From positions 243-64,242 of the forward strand of contig MGZK01000130.1 in NCBI GenBank assembly GCA_001802125.1: a stretch of 64,000 nt of DNA, given 5' to 3'. Positions 1 to 10,205 of the stretch are shown here, one piece after another. The stretch comes from Geobacteraceae bacterium GWC2_55_20. Lineage in GTDB: Bacteria > Desulfobacterota > Desulfuromonadia > Geobacterales > Pseudopelobacteraceae. Position 1 is the first letter of the stretch. Each line of letters begins with the position of its first letter. The notes beneath the pieces are model-generated. The model saw only the letters and a program-made list of their open reading frames with translations, made no database searches and was not told where the DNA came from. A program made the translations under genes and the position numbers.

Positions 1-3000
1 TCAACGGCATATCGGCTACTACAGCCGGGGTATCGCCGTCAGTGGATCCAACATCCTTGTCCTTTACTGGCAGATAGACTCCATCTTCAGTTGTTCCGGA
101 TATGACAAATCCCATAACTTGGTCGATACAACCGGCGGCATAGTCCGACACCAGTTTTATCTCGATCTGGTTGGCAGCCAGGGTGCTGCTGCCACAGGAT
201 CCGTAGCCATCTGTGGCGGCAGTTGCGGTACAGACTTCGTATTTTACAATGGAGTCCATGTCGTGGTCGGCACCCTGCTCCACATCCTCATAGTTGATCC
301 GGAACAGGGCATAGATCACATTATTGCTGCTGTCGTAACGGATGTCGTCAACATAGTAATCAACAATGGTATTGGTCGGGCAGTAAGCGGCCGTATCAGC
401 AGGACTCTTCTGGGTAAGCTGCATACCATAGGTAGCATCATAGGTCAGGTTCATGCGCTGGGCACAGCCACCGTTAACACTGGCACAGCCGCTGACAGAC
501 TTGGCTGTCGGCAATATCGAGACTGTGCCGCTACTGGTTTTAATCTGCAGATCCGAAAATGGCGATGAGAGCGCCACCACAAAAGTGTTGACGTCGGGTT
601 TGCCGGTAATGGACTTGAACTTGGTTTTGCCGTAGTAAGACAAAGCAGCTGAATAATAACTGCCCATCTTGGTCGGCTCTTCGGGACACATTCCCCGTAA
701 CAGACTGAAGTTAGCAGCGGATTTACCGGTGCATAGAAAGTCCTTGAGTGTGCCGTTCTCGCCGATGTACCAACTGTTACCGGTAATGTTTTCGGTCTGG
801 CCGATTGTGTAGGCCAGGTCGTTAAGCAGAGTACGTCCTGAACTCTGTGTCTCTCCCAACTTCAACAGAACAGGTGTATCTTCAGCAAAGCTGGTATTGT
901 CCGGCTTCTTGAACGAGCTGCCGGGTATCTGATCGGAGTCGTAACTGGTATTGGTGTCTGAAAGCAGAAGGATGAACGGCTTGGCACATCCCGGATATAT
1001 GTCATAAAGCGGCTTGGCTGTACTGCCATCCTTGTAGCCCCAGTCAGGCTTGGACAAACTTAAACCGGAGTCCTGAGAAGTTGAATAGGTAAAATCACTG
1101 GTCGGGGCCAACCGGCCGGCATAATAGCGTAGCGATTCATACATCATCTCGGCAATCGGGTTACCCCAACTGCGGCACTCCCCTTCCGCTATAGGACGGT
1201 CAGAAATCCAACCACAGTTACCGCCAGTGGCATCCTGGTAGGACCAGTCGGAATACCTGAAACCTACCGGTTTGAGCCGGTCAAAGGTAAGAATGATATT
1301 TCCCTGGGCATTCTCCGAACTCTGGAATATTCCGTTATTTGCGTTGGACTCGTCCAGAATCGCGCCGATATTTTTACGCAAGACCCCACCACTTGTGTTC
1401 TTGGTATATGAGGTGGTCATCATGCCGAAATACATTTCCGCCTTGTCGACACATTTGCCTTCTGTGGCAAAATCGCAGTTGGCGTCAGTGTTGCAGGCTT
1501 TGGACAAAGTCTTTGAGCAAACCTTGGAGCCGTCCCCCTCGCCGTACTGTTGCAGAAGGCCAACAGGTTTCCAGAGACCTGTGCCCGAACCTGGGTACCA
1601 CTTGCAGGAATCTCCGATCTCGCTTTTCTTGATATCCAGCTGGTCGGTGGTGTCAATGACAGTATCACAGACCTTGACTCTGACTTCATAGTCAGTGGGG
1701 GTGCCGAGACTGTTGTCACAGACCGGCCGTTCCTTGGAGGCCCAGTCCCAAATGCGTTTGCCGGAGACATTTTGCAAAAGCCTCATCAACGGCGCTCCGG
1801 TATCTGAGAGTGTAGAGTTACAGACCATGTGGTACTTGCTGGAGTCCTGACTGGTTGCCCCTGATGTGGGTTTACCCTTGTTGATAAACTCGCTGGCATA
1901 GAGAGTACACTGGTTTGAAGCAGATATATTGAAGGTACGCATGTTGTTGTTACCGAGGTTAGTGGTACCGAAAAGCTTCCAGCCGGCATTGGCCTTGTTG
2001 TACCAGACCCGCACTCCATCCTGACCGCCGCCTTCTGAAACACGCACTACCAGACGATACCAGGTACTGCTCTTTGACAGGCTGATCGAATCGGTCACCA
2101 TACCGGCGCAGGCGGTAGTCGGAGCAGTGGTGCAACTGGAGTGCGCTCCGTAGTGAGAAGCCACGACTCCCAGTGACGTATCTGCAGTCGTGAATAGTTC
2201 AACCTCGGCGCCATCATCACTATCTACCATGAACTTCCAGGTCTCGGAACCGTTGCCGGTCGATGTTTTGAATTCGGCCACCACCACGGTGCTATAAGCA
2301 TCAAGATGGTCCTGGGACGGATCGATTTTTGAACCGGCAGTTCCAAAATTTGTAATAGTGGTATCGTAATCGATGAATGTAGAGGTCAGGGGTTCGGTAG
2401 CGTCAGAGAAAGACGCCAGAAGATCTGTGTGTGTATCCCCGCTAATCTGGGCTGCCGCAAGGGCTGCCGGATGACGGTAGCGCACTACCAGCATTTTGTT
2501 GCTGGTGGTGCCCGGAGTGGCTGCCGTGCACGTGGACAAGCCAGATTGGGCAAAACCGACCAGCTCCATGGATTTGTCGGTACAGGCATAACCGCTGGCA
2601 CAGTCGCTGTCCAATGAACAGGAGTAAGTGTATTGAGGCGTGCCGGACGAATTATAACAGAGACGGCCGGTGAACTCCTTGCCCCAGCTGTGCGCGTCCT
2701 GAGGAACGGTTGCCCTTTCCAAAACCGTTTCGCTGGTACTGTCCGAACTGCGGTGACCGCCGTAGAGCACTTTTTTCAGTACATCTATACGGCTCATTGT
2801 GAGCCAGTTGAGGATATTTCCGCTCCACTGCCCACCGGCATTGGAACAGAACTTCGTAGTTGTGCGGGACACCGGATCGAACTTATCTGTGCCGGTAGTG
2901 TTGTACTGGTAGCACTTGTAGGGATCAAAGTAACCGTAATAATCGATCGAGTGTTTGTATGTGATATCAAGAAGTCCGTCGTCATCAAGGTCGGCTGAAT

Positions 3001-3193
3001 CGCTATAGGATTCGTAGTAGAGTTTGTGGTCGCGGCCCATCTCGAACATCACCAATGGCGGTACAGTGGCGGCTATGAATGGAGGCTGAATGCAGTAATC
3101 GTTCATAACCGCAGAACTGGCATTAGTTGATATGACGAGCAAGCAAAGTAGTAGGCATAACTGAGCCATTAAGCGGGCAGATAGAGTTTTCAT
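1..3193 (-). CDS. pilY1: PilY1-like type IV pilus adhesin, 3' end beyond the window edge; absent from the ORF track
   Basis: Manual translation from the ATG at 3193 (ATGA overlap with the upstream stop): signal-like MKTLSARLMAQLCLLLCLLVISTNASSA, then DYCIQPPFIAATVPPLVMFEMGRDHKLYYESYSD...YYGYFDPYKCY, typical of PilY1 N-termini. Lies downstream of pilSR/pilD. Segments I translated are open. Confidence 0.85.
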   Translation of the reverse strand, partial: MKTLSARLMAQLCLLLCLLVISTNASSAVMNDYCIQPPFIAATVPPLVMFEMGRDHKLYYESYSDSADLDDDGLLDITYKHSIDYYGYFDPYKCYQYNTTGTDKFDPVSRTTTKFCSNAGGQWSGNILNWLTMSRIDVLKKVLYGGHRSSDSTSETVLERATVPQDAHSWGKEFTGRLCYNSSGTPQYTYSCSLDSDCASGYACTDKSMELVGFAQSGLSTCTAATPGTTSNKMLVVRYRHPAALAAAQISGDTHTDLLASFSDATEPLTSTFIDYDTTITNFGTAGSKIDPSQDHLDAYSTVVVAEFKTSTGNGSETWKFMVDSDDGAEVELFTTADTSLGVVASHYGAHSSCTTAPTTACAGMVTDSISLSKSSTWYRLVVRVSEGGGQDGVRVWYNKANAGWKLFGTTNLGNNNMRTFNISASNQCTLYASEFINKGKPTSGATSQDSSKYHMVCNSTLSDTGAPLMRLLQNVSGKRIWDWASKERPVCDNSLGTPTDYEVRVKVCDTVIDTTDQLDIKKSEIGDSCKWYPGSGTGLWKPVGLLQQYGEGDGSKVCSKTLSKACNTDANCDFATEGKCVDKAEMYFGMMTTSYTKNTSGGVLRKNIGAILDESNANNGIFQSSENAQGNIILTFDRLKPVGFRYSDWSYQDATGGNCGWISDRPIAEGECRSWGNPIAEMMYESLRYYAGRLAPTSDFTYSTSQDSGLSLSKPDWGYKDGSTAKPLYDIYPGCAKPFILLLSDTNTSYDSDQIPGSSFKKPDNTSFAEDTPVLLKLGETQSSGRTLLNDLAYTIGQTENITGNSWYIGENGTLKDFLCTGKSAANFSLLRGMCPEEPTKMGSYYSAALSYYGKTKFKSITGKPDVNTFVVALSSPFSDLQIKTSSGTVSILPTAKSVSGCASVNGGCAQRMNLTYDATYGMQLTQKSPADTAAYCPTNTIVDYYVDDIRYDSSNNVIYALFRINYEDVEQGADHDMDSIVKYEVCTATAATDGYGSCGSSTLAANQIEIKLVSDYAAGCIDQVMGFVISGTTEDGVYLPVKDKDVGSTDGDTPAVVADMPL

Positions 3194-3507
3194 CGTTTCC
3201 ACTCCTCGATGATGATTTTGTCCACAACATTGCCGTTGACATGGAGAACGACCGAGTCTCCACCACGAACTTCGTTCGGACCTGCCTTATCCTCGAAATA
3301 TGCATTATTTTGCTTCGTATGTTTCCGATATATGCACTTATCGATAACCCGGTACTCTTTGCCGTCAGCCACCACTTTTATGCCGTCAAAAAAGGATACC
3401 CGACCCGTGAAATAATAGACCGACGAATCGGCAGCACAAACAGCCAGAGGCATTAACAATGCGCAAATTAGAACAACAGCTGCAAAATGAGTTTTTACCC
3501 TGATCAT
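3190..3507 (-). CDS. Small exported hypothetical protein
   Basis: 105 aa with signal peptide (AVCA-AD); stop overlaps the pilY1 start. Confidence 0.75.
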   Translation of the reverse strand: MIRVKTHFAAVVLICALLMPLAVCAADSSVYYFTGRVSFFDGIKVVADGKEYRVIDKCIYRKHTKQNNAYFEDKAGPNEVRGGDSVVLHVNGNVVDKIIIEEWKR

Positions 3508-3549
3508 GACCCGGCACCTCTCTTTACCCTGAATAAGCAGACAACGTTG

Positions 3550-4335
3550 CTACTTCCCTTCCAGCATCTTTTTCAACGTCTCCGCATCGCGCATCCCCAC
3601 TTCAACCTTGCCGTTGGGCATGACCATGGTCGGAGTTCCCGAGATACCGTTGGCATTGGCAAACTTGATGTTTTCATCAATAGCCTTCTTGCTGCTCTCC
3701 TTGGTCGGCTTGGGAATTTCCTTACCCTCGAATGCCTTGTCTAGCAGATCATGGCTCATCGACTCCAGGACTGAACGTGATTTGTCATATGCTCCCGGAT
3801 GCATCGGCAAAGGATAAAGCATCACGTGTATGGCAACATCCGGAGCAATTTTTGCCAGTTTTTTCAGCTCCACATGGCCTTTTCGGCAGTAAGGACAATC
3901 CGGATCCGTAAAAACATACAGTTTTTTTGAACCTTTGGGATTTCCCATAATGACAGCATTTTTTACAGGAATGGATTTCACATCCACAAAGGTAGGTTGC
4001 TTCTGCTGCGGGAGTTCCTGCTTGTGCGAGGAAACAGCTTCCAGTTTTGCAAGATTCACCATCATGCCCTGTATCAGATGCTTTTTGCCGTAATCAATGA
4101 ATATCACGGCTTTCTGATTGTCTTTCTGGACCAGTAGTTCAAACAGCCCGCGTGAAGGTGACTCCTTGACCGACAGAACCGATGCCCCGGTCGGCTTCAT
4201 CAACTCCGCAGCTTCCTTGCTGGATAGGGTATGGCATTTTTTACAGTCGGTGCCGCAATTTTCCTTGGACATGCCGAATGACGGAGTGGTGATAAACACT
4301 GACAAGGAAACTGCAACAAGAAGTACTTTCAGCAT
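3550..4335 (-). CDS. dsbC: DsbC/DsbG-family thiol:disulfide isomerase with an N-terminal CxxCH
   Basis: Signal peptide, FTDPDCPYC active site, GTPT cis-Pro loop, extra CGTDCKKCH. Confidence 0.85.
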   Translation of the reverse strand: MLKVLLVAVSLSVFITTPSFGMSKENCGTDCKKCHTLSSKEAAELMKPTGASVLSVKESPSRGLFELLVQKDNQKAVIFIDYGKKHLIQGMMVNLAKLEAVSSHKQELPQQKQPTFVDVKSIPVKNAVIMGNPKGSKKLYVFTDPDCPYCRKGHVELKKLAKIAPDVAIHVMLYPLPMHPGAYDKSRSVLESMSHDLLDKAFEGKEIPKPTKESSKKAIDENIKFANANGISGTPTMVMPNGKVEVGMRDAETLKKMLEGK

Positions 4336-4372
4336 TGTAAATCCTTTCGGTTTTTAATTTCGGACAATATAA

Positions 4373-4388
4373 AGCAAGAATAATGCCG
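4373..4388 (-). promoter_or_regulatory. Putative sigma54 (-24/-12) promoter for dsbC-orf-pilY1
   Basis: Minus strand reads CGGCATTATTCTTGCT (GG-N10-GC), about 40 nt before the dsbC ATG. Confidence 0.6.
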
Positions 4389-4506
4389 GCAACAGCCAAC
4401 CCATAAACAGCTGATATAACAACACTTATTTTCAAGCACGACCATAACTATGCATTTATTTCATACCATCACGAACCCGTCCCTCCGGGAGCTATGCAAA
4501 TTTTGC

Positions 4507-5877
4507 TCACTCAATACCATAATCTTTTAATTTATAGAGCAATGACCTGTGGCTTATTTCAAGTATTTTGGCCGCCTGGGTACGGTTTCCGCCGGTCTTG
4601 GCCAATGCCTTGGTGATAAGGTTCCGTTCGATTGCATCCTCTGCTCTTTTGATTGACAAATCTTCGTCCTGGTCTGGAATCTGCAACAACACTACACCGG
4701 AGCGCACTGCAGGAGGGAGACTGCTACACGATATTCTGCCGCCATCACAGAGAATGGATGCCCGCTCGATCGCGTTTTCCAGTTCACGGATATTACCGGG
4801 CCAGGCATACGCCATCAAGCAGCGCATGGCATCCGGCTCAATGCGAAGATTCATTCGATCAGCTCCGCTGGAACAGGTGCGAATGAAGTGTTCAACCAGC
4901 AGCGGGATATCCTCAACACGTTCCCTTAACGGCGGCAATTGCAAACAGAATACGTTAAGCCTGAAATACAGATCTTCACGAAATATCCCGGCTTTTACGT
5001 CAGCCTGCAGGTCGCGGGATGTGGCTGACACGACCCGTACGTCAACCTTTCGTGAATTGCTGGCCCCGACCCGACGGATCTCTTCATCCTGCAACACACG
5101 CAAGAGCTTTACCTGCAAGGCTGGCGGCATATCACCAATTTCATCGAGAAAGAGCGTGCCGCCGTCCGCCAGTTCGAAAAGTCCGGTTTTATCGTCGGAA
5201 GCATCGGTAAATGATCCACGGACATGGCCGAACAATTCGCTTTCCAAAAGGTTTTCAGGTATGGCGCCGCAATTTACCGCCACAAAGGATTTATGAGCCC
5301 GGCGGCCGTTCTGGTGAATTGCACGGGCCACCAGCTCCTTGCCGGTACCGGACTCGCCGAGAATCATTACGGTAGTTTTGAGATTGGCAACTTTCCCGAT
5401 CTGGCTGAAGATTTCTTCCATGACCACATTGCGGCTGATGATTCCGTTATAGGCAAAACGACCTGCGACAGCTGCTCTCAGCTGACTGTTTTCCTGTTTC
5501 AACCGTTCCCGCTCTTCGGCTTTCTTGAGAACCATAACGATTTCATCTTTTTTGAAGGGCTTGGAGATGAAGTCGTATGCACCCATTTTCATGCACTCCA
5601 CGGCCGTTTCGACTGTACCGTAAGCCGACATCATGATGACCGGAACAGAGATGCGTTCTTCCATTGCCCTGGCGAGAAAAGTTTTCCCGTCCATTTCGGG
5701 CATGCGGATGTCGCAGAGTATGAAATCGTAGGCCTTGTCCTTTATGCATGCCAGCCCTTTTTCACCATTGGCGGCACAATCCGCCACATACCCCTGGCGG
5801 GTCAGCATCAGCGACAACATGTGCCGCAGATTTTCTTCATCATCTATTACGAGAATGTGTTTTTTGCCCACGGGCAC
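4507..5877 (-). CDS. pilR: Sigma54-dependent response regulator (REC-AAA-HTH), PilR-like
   Basis: REC domain, GESGTGKE, GSFTDA (GAFTGA-like), Fis-type HTH; next to a kinase and pilD. Confidence 0.8.
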   Translation of the reverse strand: MPVGKKHILVIDDEENLRHMLSLMLTRQGYVADCAANGEKGLACIKDKAYDFILCDIRMPEMDGKTFLARAMEERISVPVIMMSAYGTVETAVECMKMGAYDFISKPFKKDEIVMVLKKAEERERLKQENSQLRAAVAGRFAYNGIISRNVVMEEIFSQIGKVANLKTTVMILGESGTGKELVARAIHQNGRRAHKSFVAVNCGAIPENLLESELFGHVRGSFTDASDDKTGLFELADGGTLFLDEIGDMPPALQVKLLRVLQDEEIRRVGASNSRKVDVRVVSATSRDLQADVKAGIFREDLYFRLNVFCLQLPPLRERVEDIPLLVEHFIRTCSSGADRMNLRIEPDAMRCLMAYAWPGNIRELENAIERASILCDGGRISCSSLPPAVRSGVVLLQIPDQDEDLSIKRAEDAIERNLITKALAKTGGNRTQAAKILEISHRSLLYKLKDYGIE

Positions 5878-5897
5878 TCCTTTTATCAGACATGCCG

Positions 5898-7373
5898 CTA
5901 ACCGGACACTGTCGGCAACCAGACCGTAAAACAGGTTCCTGTACCCGGCTTGCTTTTTACGGTAATGCGGCCATCAAAGCCTTCAATGATCCGCGCAGCG
6001 ATAGCCAGACCAAGCCCGGTACCCTTGCCGGGCGGTTTGGTCGTAAAGAACGGGTCGAAAATATATTTCAGATCGTCATCCTCAATCCCCGACCCATTAT
6101 CAATAACGTCAATACGCATAAAACGGTTCTCGATCCGTGACTTGAGAATAATGGCGCCATTTTCCGCAAGCGCATCGCGACTGTTTATCAAAAGATTGAT
6201 CAGTACCTGCTGCAGTTGGTGTGGATCCGCTTTCACCTGTGGCAAATATTCATCCATTGCAACAGAGACTGTAAAATGCTTGAAAACCCCCTGCTGTGAC
6301 AGCAGCTCCAGCGTCGCAGTGGCAACCTGCCTGACATCGGCGGTTTCCTGGCATGAAACACGCGGGCGGGAATAATCTAACAATCCGCGAACGATCCGGT
6401 CGATTCTGGCACAGTCGGTCGAAATCCGCCGGGCATAGTCCTGGATGGCCGGATTGTCCGGTTGTTCGACCGCGGCCAGGTCGGCATATCCCATGATCGA
6501 TGCCAGTGGAGTTCCGATTTCATGGGCCATTCCCGCCGCCAGAAGTCCGATCGACGCCATCTTCTCAGTGCGAATGGCCTCTTCGCGGGCCTGGTGAAGA
6601 TCATTGTTGACACGCTCCAAGGCTGCCATATGTTCTGAAACCTGCTGATCTTTGCTTTGCAATGCCATGGACATCTCGTTGAAAGACTCGGCAAGACGGG
6701 CAAGCTCGGAACTGCCCGATACTCGCAATTTCTGTCCATATTGCCCCCCGGTGATCTTTCCGGTAGCAGACAGCAATCTATTGATCGGATTAACAACTAT
6801 CCTGGAGAGTATAAAAGAGCCGAGTCCCATCAACATGATAAAATCAAGCACGAAATATGCTGCAAAAATCTGCCTGGTCCTGTCCAAACGGGCGTTTTCA
6901 GCTGTCAGTGACAGCAGCAGGCCGGCCCTGCCAACCGGAACGCCATTTCGCGTCACGTTGATGACATTTGCAATGCCGCTTCCATCAGCAAGAATGCCGC
7001 CATCCGAGGACACGTGAATGCCGTTGAACGGCAAATATACGTCACTGCCGTCGCGGCCGGCTGTAAAGATGGCCTTGCCGTTTCTATCCAGTAGAGTTAA
7101 GCGTGTGAAAGCAGCATCGTCGGAGAGTTTCTGAACGTATATTGATGCGGAAGAATCTGGCGGAATGATTCCCTCCGGAAAGACCGGCAGGTTATCGGGT
7201 AGTTGACTGACAAAAGTCGCCAGGAGAGTACGGGCATGTTCGCCCTTTTGGGCATACAGGTCGTTGGCTGCGGTTTTAAAGGCCAGAAAGCTGAACAGCA
7301 GCCACGTCATTACCAGCAGGAAGCCCAGGAAGGCCATGATCGAAACAGTCAGACTGGGGCGGTAGCGGGCCAT
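5898..7373 (-). CDS. HAMP sensor histidine kinase, PilS-like
   Basis: Two TM segments, HAMP, AHEIGTPL H-box, PFFTTK...GTGLGL; start taken as the ATG at 7373 just after the pilD stop. Confidence 0.9.
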   Translation of the reverse strand: MARYRPSLTVSIMAFLGFLLVMTWLLFSFLAFKTAANDLYAQKGEHARTLLATFVSQLPDNLPVFPEGIIPPDSSASIYVQKLSDDAAFTRLTLLDRNGKAIFTAGRDGSDVYLPFNGIHVSSDGGILADGSGIANVINVTRNGVPVGRAGLLLSLTAENARLDRTRQIFAAYFVLDFIMLMGLGSFILSRIVVNPINRLLSATGKITGGQYGQKLRVSGSSELARLAESFNEMSMALQSKDQQVSEHMAALERVNNDLHQAREEAIRTEKMASIGLLAAGMAHEIGTPLASIMGYADLAAVEQPDNPAIQDYARRISTDCARIDRIVRGLLDYSRPRVSCQETADVRQVATATLELLSQQGVFKHFTVSVAMDEYLPQVKADPHQLQQVLINLLINSRDALAENGAIILKSRIENRFMRIDVIDNGSGIEDDDLKYIFDPFFTTKPPGKGTGLGLAIAARIIEGFDGRITVKSKPGTGTCFTVWLPTVSG

Positions 7374-7377
7374 ATCG

Positions 7378-8166
7378 TTAGCCTTTATTGAAGCCGCCAA
7401 GATTGAGATACCACTCGATAAGTGGTCGTCCATAGAAGATGTAGAGTACCGCTCCGAAAGCCAGATACGGACCAAACGGAATCGCCAGTTTTGAATCCTT
7501 TTTCTGCAGCAGCATTATCGATACGCCGACAACCGACCCGACCAGAGAACTGGCCAGGATTATGAACGGAATTGACTTCCACCCCAGAAAGGCGCCCATC
7601 ATGGCCAGAAGCTTGATATCCCCGCCCCCCATCCCCTCTTTGCCGGTCAGCCATTGATAGCCGTAGGCAACCAGCAGAAGGCTGCCTCCACCCAGCAGGA
7701 TACCTAGTAAAGAATTCAGCCAGTTATGTCCCTGCAGGAAAAACGACATCACAAATCCAATTATTATTCCTGGAAGAGATATTTCGTCCGGAATAATCTG
7801 GTGTTCGATATCGATGAACGTAATCACCACCAATGCTGAGCAGAATACAAACAACACCGCAAAGGCAAGTGTCGGGCCGAAACGCAGAAACAGCAGCAAG
7901 GTGATGATCCCGTTAAGCATCTCCACCAGCGGGTATTGCAGTGAAATCCGGGCGCCGCATCCACGGCATCTCCCGCGCAGCAAAAGATAGCTGATTACGG
8001 GGATGTTGTCGTACCAGCGGATCTGATAGTTACAATGCGGACAATGCGATGGTGGGGAGACAATCGATTCTTCCTTCGGCATGCGACAGATACAGACATT
8101 CAAAAATGATCCGACCACCATGCCGAAAACAAATGAGAACAGGGAGTAAATTGTATGAAGAGACAT
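7378..8166 (-). CDS. pilD: Prepilin peptidase/N-methyltransferase
   Basis: GSFLNVCI.R.P, CPHC/CRGC, DIEHQIIPD, GMGGGDIKL, IPFGPYL; ATG overlaps the ptsI stop (TGATG). Confidence 0.95.
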   Translation of the reverse strand: MSLHTIYSLFSFVFGMVVGSFLNVCICRMPKEESIVSPPSHCPHCNYQIRWYDNIPVISYLLLRGRCRGCGARISLQYPLVEMLNGIITLLLFLRFGPTLAFAVLFVFCSALVVITFIDIEHQIIPDEISLPGIIIGFVMSFFLQGHNWLNSLLGILLGGGSLLLVAYGYQWLTGKEGMGGGDIKLLAMMGAFLGWKSIPFIILASSLVGSVVGVSIMLLQKKDSKLAIPFGPYLAFGAVLYIFYGRPLIEWYLNLGGFNKG

Positions 8167-9908
8167 CAGTCGAAACTTTCGGCTACATCCAGGGTTATTT
8201 GACGTTTCAGGTACATTTCGACCTCGGTCGCGGTGGAATATTCGAAACATCCGGCAGCGATTTGAATGGCGCGTTTACGCGTGCAACGCCGCAGAATCTG
8301 CTTGACGCGCAACAGGGACCCGGCCCCCATGGACAACTCGTCAAAACCGAGACCGAGCAGTACCGGAAGATACAGAGGATCTCCCGCCATCTCACCGCAC
8401 AGGCAAGCCTCAATACCGGCGCTGTGAGCAGTATCAACGATATGCCGCAATGACCGCAAAACAGCCGGATGCAGCGGTTGATACAGCTGCGACAGCTGCT
8501 CGTTTGTGCGGTCAATGGCCAGAGTGTACTGGATCAGATCATTGGTCCCGACACTGAAGAAGTCTACTTCTTTAGCCAATAGATCCGCCATTGTCACTGC
8601 CGCCGGGATTTCAATCATAATCCCGAGCTTTATTCCGTTGTCAAATGGAATACCTGCGGCAGCCAATTCGAGCTTTGCTTCCTCAAGCAGCGCGGTTGCG
8701 GCTCGAACTTCCTCAATTCCGGATATCATCGGAAACATTATCCGGACAGGTCCTTCTGCGCTGATACGAAGAATGGCTCGCAGCTGTTTTTTGAACTCAT
8801 CCGTCATGCCGAGCGAAAGTCTGATCGCTCTCACACCCAGGGCCGGATTCTGTTCAGCATTATGATCCAACCCGTCAAGCAGCTTGTCTCCGCCGGCGTC
8901 AAGAGTCCTGACTGTCAGCGGATGCGGCTTGATCGCCTGCTGCATGGAGCGATACACCAGATACTGCTCTTCCTCATCCGGCATTTCGGATCGATTCATG
9001 AAGAGGATTTCGGTCCTGTACAAGCCGACACCAATGCCGCCATGTTTAAGTACCGAAGCGCCTTCCTCGGGGATTTCCACATTCCCCCTAAGACAAATGG
9101 CATGACCATCAAGTGTTTCAGCCGGCAGATGGGCGGTCTTGAGGAGTTCGCTTTCCACATATTCGTAGTGTTGTTTGCGGCTCAGAAAAGTCTGAAACGT
9201 TTCCCGGTCCGGGTTAACGACGACTGTACCGGCAGTTCCATCAACAATAACCGGTGCGCCATCCAGCAAAACGTCACAGACACCTTCAATCCCGGCAACG
9301 GCTGGAATCTCCAGGGCTCTTGCAAGAATGGCCGTATGCGACGTACGGCCTCCTATTTCCGTAATTACCGCCAGAATGTTATTACGATCAATCTGCAGCA
9401 TATCCGCGGGAGTAATGTCATGCGCCGCAACAATGGAACGGCTTTCATGTATCGGAAACTGCTCGGTCTTTTCTCCGCTCATGCTTTTAAACACTCGCTC
9501 AATGACCGTTTCAACATCATTGATCCGTTCTCGAAGATAGTCATCCTCGATACTGGCAAAGGCCTCGCGATAACGTTGCAGCGTTCTCTGCAAGGCACTC
9601 TCGGCGTTAATCAGTCCTGATGCTATTGTTGCTGAAGTTTCAGAGAAAAGCCGTTCATCCGACAGGATCATCAGATGAGTTTCAATAAAGAAGAGGTGAT
9701 CTTCGCCGGTGGTTTCCGCCAGGTGGGATTTCAGATGTTCAAGCTCTGCACGCGTATCAGAAATTGCAACCGTCAATCGCTCGATTTCGCAGGCCACTTC
9801 TTCCGGAAGTATCGGGTATTCCAAGATATTTATGCGTCTGCGATCTACAACACGTAATCTTCCTACGGAAATCCCTGGAGAAACGGCAATTCCCGTAAAA
9901 GATCTCAT
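8166..9908 (-). CDS. ptsI: PTS enzyme I (PEP-protein phosphotransferase)
   Basis: GGRTSHTAILAR, GLYRTE, SVGTNDLIQY; start at the ATG 9908 with GAGG upstream. Confidence 0.95.
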   Translation of the reverse strand: MRSFTGIAVSPGISVGRLRVVDRRRINILEYPILPEEVACEIERLTVAISDTRAELEHLKSHLAETTGEDHLFFIETHLMILSDERLFSETSATIASGLINAESALQRTLQRYREAFASIEDDYLRERINDVETVIERVFKSMSGEKTEQFPIHESRSIVAAHDITPADMLQIDRNNILAVITEIGGRTSHTAILARALEIPAVAGIEGVCDVLLDGAPVIVDGTAGTVVVNPDRETFQTFLSRKQHYEYVESELLKTAHLPAETLDGHAICLRGNVEIPEEGASVLKHGGIGVGLYRTEILFMNRSEMPDEEEQYLVYRSMQQAIKPHPLTVRTLDAGGDKLLDGLDHNAEQNPALGVRAIRLSLGMTDEFKKQLRAILRISAEGPVRIMFPMISGIEEVRAATALLEEAKLELAAAGIPFDNGIKLGIMIEIPAAVTMADLLAKEVDFFSVGTNDLIQYTLAIDRTNEQLSQLYQPLHPAVLRSLRHIVDTAHSAGIEACLCGEMAGDPLYLPVLLGLGFDELSMGAGSLLRVKQILRRCTRKRAIQIAAGCFEYSTATEVEMYLKRQITLDVAESFD

Positions 9909-9909
9909 A

Positions 9910-10176
9910 TCATTCCTCACCAAATCCATTGGTGATCAATTCGCTGAGTGTATTCATGGTGTCCACCTCATCAGCCCCGTCAACGGTAAGCCTGACCGTG
10001 GATCCTTTCGATGCGGCCAGCATCATGATTCCCATGATGCTCTTGCCATTTACTTCGACCCCTTCCCTGGCGAGCTTGACTTCAGACGTGAACCGGCTGG
10101 CGGTTTTTACGAACAGGGCCGAGGCGCGGGCATGAAGCCCCAATTTATTTACAATCAGAAATTCGTTCTGAAGCAT
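9910..10176 (-). CDS. ptsH: Phosphocarrier HPr
   Basis: GLHARAS, NGKSIMGIM. Confidence 0.95.
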   Translation of the reverse strand: MLQNEFLIVNKLGLHARASALFVKTASRFTSEVKLAREGVEVNGKSIMGIMMLAASKGSTVRLTVDGADEVDTMNTLSELITNGFGEE

Positions 10177-10205
10177 GATTACCTGTTTCCTCGTTTTCTA
10201 GGTAT

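Noticed and set aside
119..2998. Several short track ORFs at the left end
   Set aside because: Antisense or off-frame shadows of the edge-truncated pilY1.
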